Part shown: one piece after another, positions 42,364 through 57,093 of the stretch
Layout: each line of letters starts with the position of its first letter
Numbering within the stretch: position 1 is the first letter of the stretch
Assembly (NCBI GenBank): GCA_002189035.1
Contig: NEEC01000004.1
Location: 3,968,001 to 4,032,000 of the forward strand
DNA length: 64,000 nucleotides
Direction: 5' to 3'
Origin: Utricularia gibba
Taxonomy: Eukaryota; Plantae; Magnoliophyta
Notes under the pieces: generated by a model
What the model saw: only the letters and a program-made list of their open reading frames with translations
Told to the model about the DNA's origin: nothing
The model's database searches: none
Made by a program: the position numbers and the translations under genes

Positions 42364-43255
42364 ATGGTGAAGGTGCACAAGAAAAGTGTAGAGGCCAAAG
42401 TGGGGTCATCAGTTTCGAATGGTGATGATGAGGTACCAAGGATGGACATCAAGAGCATCCTAAATGAGATCAACTATTTGGGTAGAATTTTTTTGTCCCC
42501 ACTGGATCTTAGGCGTTTGCTGTGTTCATGGATTATATTCAGTGAAATTATAGTTTTCTGGCCCGCATTCTGGTTGCATTTGACACCATTGCAAGCCTTT
42601 TGGTGTTAGTTGCGATCCGCCAAGTCCATTCACTTAGAGATGTTTTACTATCTCCTGCCGATCACGGATTTGTATTTCAGGTTCAACCCATATGACATGG
42701 AAGCAGAAGAAAGTACTGGAGAACAAGAGGGTGGTTTCACTTGGCGGGAAGGTAAAGTCCAGCCCCTTTTCTTTCTGGAATGTGTAGATGTGGAATAGCT
42801 TACGATACTGTGCTATAATATTCTTACAGCCTCCAAAGAAGCAGAGATTGCCGCTGAGTGTGGCTCGTCCAATCATGAAATACCAAAAGAACAGAGAAGA
42901 AAAATTGCTTCGAGATGTCAGGCATCATTATTACCATTGAAGTGCAATGTGAATTAACGAATATTTCTGATAACTGGGGTGCTTTGCAGAATGCTGAAAT
43001 TGCAAGATTCGGAGGCTATAGCAGCAGAAGTTCAAACAAAGTTGCAGAGAAGGCTCGAGGTGAGGACAAGGTTAAGCGATCCATCATGATAACTTCAGGA
43101 ATGGAGTCCTGAACGTCAAGCATCTACTACAGCCCTCTGCCCCTCCTCGCGTCTCGGACGACAACGAAAGGCACCCCTCAGCTAAAAGGAAGAAAAGCAA
43201 AGGTGGTAAAAAGGGCCATGGCAAGAGGAAGGGCAATGGAAAGAACAGGCATTAG
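42364..43255 (+). CDS. DUF4602 / C1orf131-FAF1-like small-subunit processome factor, 4 coding exons, one apparent 1-bp deletion
   Basis: MDIKSILNEINYLG|STHMTWKQKKVLENKRVVSLGGK|PPKKQRLPLSVARPIMK; after a -1 shift near 43082 the frame gives NFRNGVLNVKHLL and a basic tail ending at TAG 43253-43255. Confidence 0.7.
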
Positions 43256-44252
43256 TTGCCTGTGCAGGGAAACAACACACTTCTCATATTGAAATCTATG
43301 GGATATTTTTTTCACGTGCTCCATTTTTTCTGGGCTGCTGGTGTTGTAGGATTGACCCAGCCTAGGTCTTGTAAGATCTATTACAGCTTTGGCAAGAGTT
43401 AAATTCACGAATTGTTATAAAAATTAATTTAAATTGTGATTTAAAATGTGGTTCTTATTAGGGTAGACTTTGTTCGTGATATCTGAGATTATAGTTAGTA
43501 TAAGGAATTTAATCTCTAAATTTTAAAATTATATCATTGACTTTTTAATTTACTTTTTTATAAACAAGTTGATTTCAAACTTATTAAATTATATATTTAA
43601 TCTTTTATATTATCAAAACTAATCAATTCTAATATTTAATATTATTATAATAGTACATCACTATTAAACAGTATCTATAATTTACATTATTTCTACATTG
43701 ATAGTTTTAACCTTATTAAACCTTGAAAATCATTATATGCAATTGCGATATAACCCTAACAAAGGATTTTGATTTGTCAAATTTCATATGCGAATATGAA
43801 AAATCTTATCATAAAATTTTATTGAATGTGAAATAAAAAATGATTTACGATGTTATGAATCATATCACAATTTAAAAATTCAAAAAAATTATTCAAATCT
43901 TACTTGAACGGCTCTGACAATTTAAGATATATCTTTTACAATGTTAAAATTTAGATATTAGATTCATTATACTAAATGAAATTTGAAGTAGTGTTTTTGT
44001 AATTTTTACGTTTTTATTTATTCAATTGTAATTTAATTATAATTTAATATCTTTATAATAAAAATATTAAAAAATGTAGAGAGAGTACTGTTGTGTTGTA
44101 CGTACTGGAAACACGCGAGTCTCACGTGCATTCGAAAAGCATTGGTGCGATGTCTAACCGGAGATGGGGCTTACTGGAACCGGTGACCTCTGGCTCGAAT
44201 TCCTCATTTGAACCGGGGTCTCATTAGGGGAGCCGAGCTGATTGGGTTGCCC

Positions 44253-46078
<1,826 letters not shown>

Positions 46079-46248
46079 AGCTTCCCACATTTCCGGTACA
46101 CTTAACTTGATTCCTTCATTTTGTATTGCAATGCAGATTTTGGTAGTTGTTTCAGATGCGGGATCAAGCAACAACACCATCTGCCAATTTGTGTCAAATA
46201 TTTGAAGATGGGATTAGAAGCATGCTGAGATTTTCACAATCCATCAGA

Positions 46249-46940
46249 TCATACAACAATGCTCTTCTCCCTTTCATCAAAGTAATCCTCCCTGACGTTG
46301 ATCACCACAACAAGTGACATCAACCAGAACAGGGTAGCATTCAGTGATACAAACGCGCCTCCACCAAGAAGGCCAGTTTTCGCAGTCGGGCAGCCGTATC
46401 CCAGACCAAGGTGAATGTTTGTGGAATGATGGAGCTGCTCCTCAATCGTCGGCCACATCAGAAACACCGCAGCCGCAAGCGACGTAACCCTGCATCAAAC
46501 CATCCCAGTCAGCTGCCTGCGAAACCCATCATCTGAAAGCAAGGGAAACTCATCATCTCACACAGCAGCAAGCATATGGGAGGTGAGCCAGGTTGAGCCG
46601 AAGACCGCTGCTCGTGGAACCGCCTTCCCGCCGTACCGGTAGAACAGGGAGTTGTATCCGAGGACGCTCGCGATCCCCAGAAGCGCCAAGGAGAGGTACC
46701 CCAGAAACGCCGTTGGATCGGAGGGATACCTGCACACGATTACTCCTTTCCCCGCACCCGGTACGCCCACTCCCGCCGGTGGCTGGCGATGATTTTGTCA
46801 GCCGAAACAGTTGTAGCAAAAAAGGCAAGCAGTAAGAAGCATCTATCTAACTTCTTGTGCTCGGCCAAGATCCCAAATATGAAGGATGCTACGCCCAGAC
46901 ATGCCACTGTTAAACCGTAATGCGTAGGGGTGACAGCCAT
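46249..46940 (-). CDS. DUF1218 family four-TM membrane protein, 3 exons
   Basis: GILAEHKK|PPAG...GKGVIVCRYPSDPT...WPTIEEQLH...CPTAKTGLLGGGAFVSL...REDYFDE. The first donor appears one base short of frame at about 46851. Confidence 0.85.
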
Positions 46941-47740
46941 TTTTTCCAGCTGCGGTTACAAAAGGGTGGAGTTGAAGGTGAAGTTGAATAAATAGAGGAT
47001 CAGATCAAAAGGGGAAGCAGTGAGAGCAGCAACAGACGGTAAAGCGGGAACTGGGCGTGATGACTGGTTCTCTTTGCATCCCCTTCTCCTTCACCTGATT
47101 CCTCACTTCTACAGTTACCCTACATCATATTCACTAAAAACGTATTAAAAATAGTTGAGTTTGCTTAATATACTAAGCATTTTTTTTAAAAAAAAGAAAT
47201 GGTCAAACGTTCTGAATAATTATTTTTTCTAATTTTGTAATAATTAGAAAGAAGGAGACAATGTCAAAATAGTGGAGAAATAATAATTTGAAGGAAAAAA
47301 GGCGTAGAGGAAGAAAAATATGGCTAATTGCTATGAAGAATTAATTCTAACTAGTATATTATAGTTGTAGATGAAAATTGCATCTATTATTATGTGGTGC
47401 TTGACAAATTATTTTTAGTAATTTGATAAATGGTTTGGATTTTGACTTGAATTTTGCTTTCTATAAAATAAAAATGTGAAACTGATAATTTCTAAAAAAA
47501 AACTTGATATTTATTAAATGAGATTTTTTAGTGATCATATGAAATTGCTTGTTTTTTATTTTTAATTTATGAGCATTTGATTTTTTTTTCATTCCTATTA
47601 TATCACAAAGAAAAGTAGCAAGTGAATCATGTATTATGGAGTTAGCACCAATGGAAGTGAAAGTTACATGATATATTTGTTTGGATATAATGATTTAGTA
47701 TTAGAAGATATTATTAAAGACAAATTTGACTTATAAATTC

Positions 47741-48343
47741 TAATGTAACCTTCTAATTTAAAGAGATTAGCAACCCACGAACAAGAGTTGATTTTGAAGC
47801 TTAAAAAGGAACACACCCAAATTTACTCTCAAGAGAAGTAATCTCTTGCAACCAGACTTTGAAATAAAAGGAATTCAGAGCCACACTTCAGAAGGAAAAG
47901 GAAATGGAAATGATAATCCTAGGACACCACAAGTTCAAAGTTTGATAAGTCAAGAGTGTTCAAACATTCAAAGAAGAGGAAACTCCTCACAACATACATG
48001 AAATGACTAAAAGGTTCTGAAAGAGTACATCTCTAGAGTATTTATACTTTAGGATTGGGCTCTAACATTACTTGGCCCAAACTAAATGAAATAAAAAAGT
48101 CTAACAAACCCAATGATCTGAGGTAAATCCAGCTTCAAGTAGTTGAACTCCTTTGATGGGATGTCTTCAAGGCCATGTTTGATTTCAAAAGTATTGAGTA
48201 GGGACTTAAGTGTATCTTCAAGCATCTTGCTCTTGCTCCTAGTCATTGGTCATGGTGGAATGATCTTTGTTTCTAATGTGTTCACTTGGACAAACTCCTC
48301 ATCATTATTTAAATACACTTTATTATTTTTGTGGGGCTCATCA
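47741..48343 (-). repeat. 3' LTR of the CRM element (603 bp)
   Basis: Plus strand reads taatgtaacc...ggggctcatca. About 55 differences from the 5' LTR by manual alignment. Confidence 0.93.
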
Positions 48344-51300
48344 TCCCCCCCCCCCTTTCTTAAGGAAGATTCATCCTTGAATCTGTATCCATGTCAAAAA
48401 GAAACAAATCAGCAATATTGAAAGTTGAATGAACATAATACTCACCTAGTAAATCTAGTTTGTATGTATTATCATTCACGCGCTCAACAATTTGGAAAGG
48501 GCCATCTCCACGAGTTAGAAGTTTTGACTTCCTCTTGGTGGGAAATCTCTCCTTCCTGAGATGCAGCCAAACCCAATCTTCAGATTCAAATACAATTTTG
48601 CGTCTCCCCTTATTTGCTACTGATGCATACTTTGCATTATTGGATTCAATCTGTTATTTCACCTTTCATGCAATCTTGTGATTGCTTCAGCTCTCTTCTT
48701 GTCATCTAAACTAACTTTTTCATCACAAGGCAAAGGTAACATATCCAAAGGTGTAAGAGGATTAAAGTCATAAACCACTTCAAATGGAGATAATTTAGTA
48801 GTGAGATGCATGGTTCTATTGTAAGCGAACTCAACAAGTGGCAAACATTCCTCCCATGTTTTAAGATTTGGTTTAATCATAATCCTAAGTAAGGTAGAAA
48901 GTGTGCGATTAGTTATCTCAGTTTGCTCATCGGTTTGAGGGTGACATGTTGTTGAGTACAACAGCTTAGTGCCAAGTTTACTCCACAGAACTCTCCAAAA
49001 GTGACTGAGAAATCTTGCATCTCGATCAGAGACAATAGTGAGGGGCATACCATGAAGTCTAACAACTTCCCTAAAGAAGAGATCAGCCACATGAGATGCA
49101 TCATCAGTTTTGTGATAAGGGATAAAATGTGTCATCTTTGAAAATCTGTCTACAACAACAAAAATTGAATCTCTACCCCTTTGGGTACGAGATAAGCCTA
49201 AAACAAAATCCATAGAAATGTCCACCCACGGTTGAGAAGGAGTAGGGAGTGGAGTATACAAACCATTAGGGGCAGTGGTTGATTTAGCCTTCTTACAAGA
49301 GATATATCTATCACAAATTCTTTCAACATCCCTTCTCATGTGTGGTCAAAAGAAATGTTGGGTGAGAGTATCAAAAGTCTTCTTAACACTAAAATGTCCC
49401 ATTAATCCACCACGATGAGCTTCCCTAACAACCAAATCACGTATGGAACAACAAAGAATGCACAACTTATCTTTCCTACAAAGAAAACTATCTTTCCTGA
49501 AGAATAGTCTAGATGGAGCAAGTTCACATGCCTTATAAATGTCTCCAAAATCATGATCATGAGCATATAAGTCAATAATGCTAGCAAATCCAAGAATTCT
49601 TGCATCAAAATTGGCTAAAAGTGTATACCTTCGAGATAAAGCATCAGCTACCACATTCTCCTTACTTTTTTTGTATTTGATCACATATGGGAATGTGTCA
49701 ATGAATTCCACCCACTTAGCATGTCTTCTATTCAGCTTTCCTTGACCCTTCAAATGTTTGAGCGACTCATGATCAGTATGTATCACGAACTCCTTAGGCC
49801 ACAAGTAGTGCTACCATATCTCCAAAGCCCTAACCAATGCATACAACTCCTTGTCATACGTTGGATAGTTGAGGGTGGCACCATAAAGCTTCTCACTAAA
49901 ATAAGCAAGTGGACATCCATTTTGCATCAATACAACACCAATGCCTGAACCTGATGCATCACATTCAATTTCAAAAGTATCAGAAAAATTTGGAAGTGCT
50001 AGAAGAGGTGTTGAGCAAAGCTTATCCTTAAGTTGTTGGAAGGCATGTTCCTACTCGTCTCCCCAATGAAATGGATGATTTTTCTTGATCAATTGAGTGA
50101 GGGGTGCTGCTATAGAGCTGAAATCCTTAACAAACCGTCTATAGAAATTCGCTAAGCCATGGAAACTCCTAACTTCACCAACTGATGCAGGTGTTGGCCA
50201 TTCCTTAATTGCTCTCCCTTTCTCTTCATCGACAGCTACTTCTGCATCACTTACAACATATCCAAGAAAAGAGATACTATTCATGCAAAAAAGACATACT
50301 TCTTGATATTAGCAAACAACTTCTCTTTTCTAAGAGTATCTAACACATTCTTCAAATGCCCTGCACGTTCCTCAAGACTCTTGCTATAAATCAGAATATC
50401 ATCAAAATAAACAACTACAAATCTACCTATAAAAGTCCTAAGAACATGATTCATCAATCTCATAAAGGTGCATTAATTAAACCAAAAGGCATAACAACCC
50501 ACTCATACAAACCAAACTTAGTTTTAAAAGCGGCTTTCCACTCATCACCTTCCTTCATTCTAATCTAATGATATCCACTTCTCAAATCAATCTTACTAAA
50601 AACACAAGCATCATACAATTCATCAAGCATATCTTCAAGTCTAGGGATAGGATGTCTATACTTCATTGTAATGTTGTTGATGGCACGACAATCAGTGCAC
50701 ATACGCCAAGTTCCATCAAACTTAAGAACCAATAACACTAGCACAGCGCATGGGCTCATACTCTCACGCACAAATCCTTTAGACATCAATTCCTCAACTT
50801 GTCCTTGTATTTCCTTCATCTCCTCTGGATTAGTTCGATATGCTGGTCTGTTTGGGAGCTGTGCTCCAGGCACAAGGTTAATTTGATGCTCAATCCCTCT
50901 GATGGGAGGTAATCCTTGAAGTTCTTCTGGAAATACATCTTAATATACTTGTAAGAGAGACACAATACAAAATGGAATGAGTGGATCATTGTTAGAGAAA
51001 GTAGTAACTTTATCCTTGTACATAAGTAGAAGGAATGGGTGTCTAGTATGAAGTGATTGTCTAATCTCACTTGGCCTAGCTAAGAGACTCGCATTCTTCT
51101 TCTCAATTTCTAACACTCTTTTGTTTCCACTTTTTGTTTTGCACTCATTCTCACTCTTTTTTCCACTCAATTCCATCCCCTCTCTTCTTTCCTCTCCACT
51201 TTTTCGAATCTTTTTTTCACTCATTTTCACTCCACTCTCCTTTCGCTTTTCTCCACTCATCTTTTCTCCCTTAGACACGACCTCCTTGTGCTTTCCATTA

Positions 51301-53010
51301 GCACTATGCAGGGCTCTAACATCACTAAGGATTCTGGCTTGATCTTCATGTGCCTCCTTTGGAGATAATGGAGCAAGTGTGATGGGACGTCCGTTATGGT
51401 TGAAGGAATACTTGTTCTTGAAGCCATGATGGAATGCTCTTCTATCATATTCCCATGGCCTCCCAAGAAGAATGTGACTGGCATGCATAGGGACAACATC
51501 ACATAGGACTTCATCTTCATATCTCCCTATGGAAAACATCACAAGCACTTGTTTGGTAACCTTTACCTCACTTCCTTCATTGAACCACTGCAAATTGTAA
51601 GGCTTAGGATGCTTCACGGTTGGTACTCCCAATTTCTCCACCAAAATGTTGCTGGCAACATTAGTGCAACTACCTCCATCAATAATTAGGCTACAAACTT
51701 TCCCATTAACAAAGTACCGTGTTTGAAATAGATTTTCCCTTTGCTCATCATTATCCTTCACTTCAATGTTAAGTGTACTTCAAGTGGCTAAAACTTCTCC
51801 ATAAACAGGCAATTCATCCTCATCACTCACTTCAACTTCTGTCTCCACGAGATCCTCCTCATCTTCACTAACCACTTCTCCATTGCCTCTGATCACCATT
51901 CCTCGTTTATTTGGACATTCCGATGCAATATGTCTATGCCCCAAACATTTGAAACATTTTATGTTCATGGTAGTTCCTTTTGGAGGTGTTATTCGCTCCC
52001 CTTGCTTGGAACTTGATGGGATATCGAATTTGAAGTTTTCCATGGATGACTTCCCTTTATTTCTCTCCAGCATCTCCTTGGTGCCTCCAAATTTTGAACT
52101 AGAAGCTCTTTTGTTGAAATCTCGAGCAAAGCTCCTGTTAAAGAGTTGTTTCTCAACTTTTGTGGCCATATGAATCATGTCCTCTATCTCAATGTAGTGA
52201 TGAAGCTCCACAATATTTGCAATCTCCTTATTCATTCCATGAAAGAACCTAGCCATAGTTGCTTCCCTATCTTCATGCACATTGGCTCTAATTATCAAGA
52301 TCTCCATTTCCTGCCAATATTCCTCCACTGACCTGGACCCCTGCTTGAGATTCTGCAAACGTTGATAAACATCTCTTTGGGAATGGTTTGGAACAAATCG
52401 CCTCCTCATGACTCTTTACATCTCAGCCCAAGTATGAATTAGTTATTCAGAGTCAATCCTTCTTTTAGCCACCAATTGATCCCAACAAATTACATCATAA
52501 TCACTGAATTTCATGAAAGCCAATCTTACTTTCTTTTCTTCAGAGAAGTTATTGAAATCAAAGACATGTTCTACTCTTGTTTCCCATTGGAGATATGCAT
52601 CTACATCATTCTTTCTTTGAAATTGAAGTATCTTCATCTTGATGTTGACATCCCTTCCAATTCTTCCCCTCATCTCTTCTACCTCCTTGATCTCGAAATC
52701 TTCTTGTATCCCCATACACAAAATCATTTTCAACATGTTCGAGGTAGTCATCTTCTTCATCTTCATTCAGGATTCGATCTCTTCTTCCAACTGTCATTTC
52801 ATTTCATTGATCACTGAAATCATGTTCAGTGTCAATGTGTTGAGGCATTTGAACACCTTGACCCCTTCTGGCAGCATAATTATTTCGTCCTTGGGCTCTT
52901 GCAACATTTTGTAGAGAGTTTTCGTTTTCATCCAGCCTGACATTTATATTTTCCAGAATGCGATGCAATCTTTCAAATTCTTGTTGCATAGCTCTCAAAG
53001 TGAACTTCTT
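48100..53010 (-). pseudogene. Fragmented gag-pol polyprotein of the CRM element
   Basis: ORF pieces 52804-52998, 52443-52766 and 51780-52409 (gag), 50940-51761 (protease), 50565-50873 and 50281-50463 (RT), 49346-49804 (RNase H / integrase start), 48659-49339 (integrase core), separated by stops and frameshifts. Confidence 0.93.
48344..48360 (-). other. Polypurine tract
   Basis: Minus strand aagaaagggggggggga directly abuts the 3' LTR (tgatgagc...). Confidence 0.85.
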
Positions 53011-53731
53011 GAATTTGATATTCTAAACAGAAGACAAAAAGAAACGAGCAGCAAAAGAAAGAAAAGAGAATAAAGTGAAAGAACAAATAAACACACACAA
53101 GGTTTACCACTCAATCCCCAAGCTTCATGTTCTTGATGCACATCATAACATCATCATGATTGACCTCATGGCACCTCAAGAATTAATCACTTCCAGATTG
53201 GTATTGATTATGGTGTTATGATGGGGTTAGGTGAGGGTGGTAGTGTTAATTGTCTCACGATAGAGACAAAGGGGGATTGCTTGAATTATGTTGGTTGCTT
53301 GTAGCAGCAGATAAATAGAAGGGATGGACAACAAGGTAAGAACAGATGAAAACAAAGGAATGGGCACTAAACACGAAATAGGTTGCTTGTGAAATTGAAA
53401 AAATACAGGAATAGGCAATCAACAATGAGAATAGTCAAATGGAATGATAGAGACAAGTAAATGATAAGGGATGGGGATTGAAGATAAGGAAAACAACAAT
53501 AGAGTGGTTGCTTCACACTCCTCTTTTTACACATTTGAAGTTGATATTCAAGACATTCTTGCTATTTCATTCAAACTCAATTTCGATCTCTTCCTCAAAG
53601 AACTTCCTATGCACCCCCTTTTTTTTTTGAGTCAAAGCCAAACGTAGAAGAAGTTTTTTTTTTTTTTTCAATAAGTAGGAATGGAAGAACTAGAAGAAGA
53701 ACAGAATACTAACAATGAGAAGGAACTCAAA

Positions 53732-53743
53732 GCTCTGATACCA
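53732..53743 (-). other. Primer binding site complementary to initiator tRNA-Met
   Basis: Minus strand TGGTATCAGAGC, 2 bp inside the 5' LTR boundary. Confidence 0.92.
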
Positions 53744-53745
53744 AA

Positions 53746-54350
53746 TGATGTGACCCTCTAATTTAAAGAGATTAGCAACCCACGAACAAGAGGTGATTTT
53801 GAAACTTAGAAAGGAACCCACCCAAGTTTACCCTCAAGAGAAGTAATCTCTTGCAACCAGACTTTGAAAGAAAAGGAATTCGGAGCCACACTTCAGAAGG
53901 AAAAGGAAATGGAAGTAATAATCCTAGAACACCACAAGTTCAAAGCTTGATAAGTCAAGAGTGTTCAAGCACTCAAAGAAGAGGAAACTCCTTATAACAT
54001 ACATGAGATGACTAAAAGGTTCTGAAAGAGTACATCTCTAGAGTATTTATACTCTAGGATTGGGCTCTAACATTACTTGGCTCAAACTAAATGAAATAGA
54101 AAAAGTCTAACAAATCCAATACTCTATGGTAAATCCAGCTTCAAGTAGTTGAACTCCTTTGATGAGATGTCTTCAAGACCATATTTGATTCCAATAATAT
54201 TGAATAGGGTTATAAGTATATCTTCAAGCATCTTGCTGTTGCTCCTAGTTATTGGTACTAATTGAATGATCTTTGTCTCTAATGTAATACACTTGGACAA
54301 ACTCCTCATCATTATTTAAATACACTTCAATATTTTCCTGGGGCTCATCA
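53746..54350 (-). repeat. 5' LTR of the CRM element (605 bp)
   Basis: Plus strand reads tgatgtgacc...ggggctcatca with TG...CA ends intact. Confidence 0.95.
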
Positions 54351-55555
54351 AGTTCTTAACATTTTGATTTTCAAGAACTTGTGAGGAAGCACAAGTTTAA
54401 CTAAGGAGTGTGATTTGTGTTATATGGTGCTTGGTTGAACTAGTGAAGACATGCAATTCAATTGAGTACTATGATTTATATTATTTGATATTTAGTTAAA
54501 CTTGTGAAATAATGTAGAAATTAAATTTATTTTAATTAATTTTTAGTTTTTATAATTAACTATTAAAGTATATTGATAATTTTATAAAAAATTTAACAAA
54601 ATCATATTTTTATACTCACATTCCAAATATATTTTATTTTTAAACCCAAATAAATTACAGATATCAATCAAATATGAATTAATTTTAAATATTTAAAATA
54701 TATTAATTTAAATCCAAATAAACTAAACTCACGTTTAACGTAATATATACCAACCAAACGCGGCATTAATGGTGCATTCCAAACGCGTTTAACTTTAAAT
54801 TTACTATCGAATCGAGAACATTAGTATTGGTATCATGGCCCCCACACGTTCTCAACCCAAGAGCTAACCGAATCTAGCACCTAAGGCCTAGCGGTGTATG
54901 TGGTTGAAATTTCAGGAAATGGGAAACTATGCCCAATATTCAGTTGCAAAAACAAAAAATAGATATTAGAAAAATTAAAATTAAAAAAATAGATATTAGA
55001 TATTCAATATAGAACTTCGAAATTCGTATGAAATTAAAATTAAAAAAATATTTAAACCAAGAACCAGAATGGTAGACCCAACCCATGGAACAAAATGAGG
55101 GAGGGAGGGAGTACGGTACATGCAATTGTGGGTGAGTAAAGCTAAAGGCACTGTTGTCTGATTCCTTTCTTCAGCTGCGAGCACCACAAACCCACCCACC
55201 CAGTCACTGTCTTCCGTCCTCTTCCTCTTCCCTCCCACTGGGACGGGCTTCCACCCTGCAACTGCTGGCCTCCATTCCTTTCAAGTTTCAACTCATGGAA
55301 AGAAATAGCCGATTATTAAAACCATGATATTTTGCTTGGAATTTGTGAACAAAGTCAGAGAATGTGAGCGCCTCATCGATTGCTTCTGCTTGGAAGTCTT
55401 CGCACCGCCTCTTTCCCTTCCATTCTTCTCTTGGGCGGTCATCGGTGTCATGTCGTGTGTCCCAGCTCGTTGACTTGAATACCCCACTTCTCCCTCTATT
55501 CGATTGTTGATCGAAAACTTGCCTTCCCTGTAATAGGTTGCAGGTTCTGGATCTC

Positions 55556-57093
55556 ATGGGGTTCTTTGTGAAGAAGAATCCGTACCTCGAAATCGTGTTT
55601 TCTGCGGTGTTTCTGTTGATGGGTTGTCGCGTAAACGGCATTGGTATCAACTGGGGAACGCAGGCGACGCATCCCCTGCCTCCCGATATCGTCGTGAGGC
55701 TTCTGAGGGATAATGGGTTTCAAAAAGTTAAACTCTTTGAGGCGGATTCTGCCGTTCTTAGTGCTCTGAGTGGCTCCGGGATTCAAGTTATGGTCGGAAT
55801 TCCAAATGACATGTTACCCAGTATCGCGCGCAGTGTTTCCGCTGCTCAGAATTGGGTCCGTACGAACGTGTCTGCATACGTTTCTTCCCACAGTGTCGAT
55901 ATCAGGTATGTATGTACCTACAAGGTGTTCGTGGATATGCGCCACTGAAAAATGTTGAAATCTGTATATGAATTGCTGCTTGAAGGTATGTTGCAGTAGG
56001 AAACGAACCGTTTCTACAGACATACAATGGGACGTATAACACCCTCGTCCTCCCGGCGCTGCAGAACATTCAGGCGGCTGTGATCAGTGCAGGGCTTGGG
56101 AATCAGGTCGCCGTCATCGTCCCCTTGAATGCCGACGTCTACAGAAGCTCATCTCCGCAGCCATCTACCGGATACTTCAGGGAGGATATACAAGAAATTA
56201 TGGTGCAGATAGTCACCTTCCTGAGTAACAACAATGCGCCCTTCTTGGTCAATATCTACCCTTTCATCAGTCTGTATGATGATCGGAGCTTTCCGGTCGA
56301 CTACGCTTTCTTCGGAGGCTACTCGAATCCGATCATCGACAACGGAAGAGTCTACAGCAACGTGTTTGATGCAAACCATGATACACTTGTCTGGGCCTTG
56401 CAGCGCAGCGGATTCAGTAACATGAGTATCATCGTTGGTGAGATCGGATGGCCGACCGACGGCGACATCAACGCCAACAATGCAAATGCTCAGAGATTCA
56501 ACCAGGGGTTCATGAGCCATGTTTCCAGGGGAACTCCGATGCGGCCCGGCCCTATCGATGCCTACCTATTTAGTCTCATTGATGAGGACGCGAAGAGCAT
56601 TCAACCTGGCAACTTCGAGCGCCACTGGGGCCTTTTTTACTACGATGGCACCACTAAGTACAATCTCAGCCTCTCTGCAAACTCCAGCCGCCTCATTCCG
56701 GCGCAGGGTGTTCAGTACCAACGAAGACGATGGTGCGTGCTCTCCTCCTCTGTGAACCTACAGAACCCACAGGTGGCACCAAGCGTGAGCTACGCCTGCG
56801 CCAATGCTGACTGCACCAGTCTTGGCTATGGAACTTCCTGTGGGAGCCTTGATGCAGCAGGAAACATTTCTTATGCATTCAACAGTTATTACCAGATACA
56901 GAATCAGGTAGCCGGCGCCTGCCAGTTTTCAAACCTTGCAGTGGTCACTGAGACAGACCCATCAGTTGGGACTTGCCGGTTCAACGTTATGATACAGACA
57001 CAGACACAGACAGCCGCAGCCGGTTTGGTGTCCTCCAACCTCCTCTTGGTCCTCTTGCTTCAGAGTGTTTTGATGGCAAGACACGTTTTGTAA
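55556..57093 (+). CDS. Glucan endo-1,3-beta-glucosidase (GH17 + X8/CBM43, probably GPI-anchored), 2 exons
   Basis: Signal peptide, [37 protein letters not shown]8 WCVL...YACANADCT...YAFNSYYQ and a hydrophobic tail. Intron 55906-55985. Confidence 0.95.

Larger units (their letters stand above)
47741..54350 (-). mobile_element. Full-length decayed Ty3/gypsy LTR retrotransposon, chromovirus CRM clade, 6.6 kb
   Basis: Two LTRs of about 604 bp, TSD aattc/agttc, tRNA-Met PBS, PPT, gag (RRRFVP...LQNLKQGSRSVEEY, CCHC knuckle), protease (LIIDGGSCTN), RT (YFDD), RNase H, integrase, and a CR-motif-like PMTRSKSK inside the 3' LTR. Confidence 0.95.

Noticed and set aside
54740-54790. Tourist-like right TIR caaccaaacgcggc
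   Set aside because: No matching left TIR on either side of the LTR element; at most a remnant.
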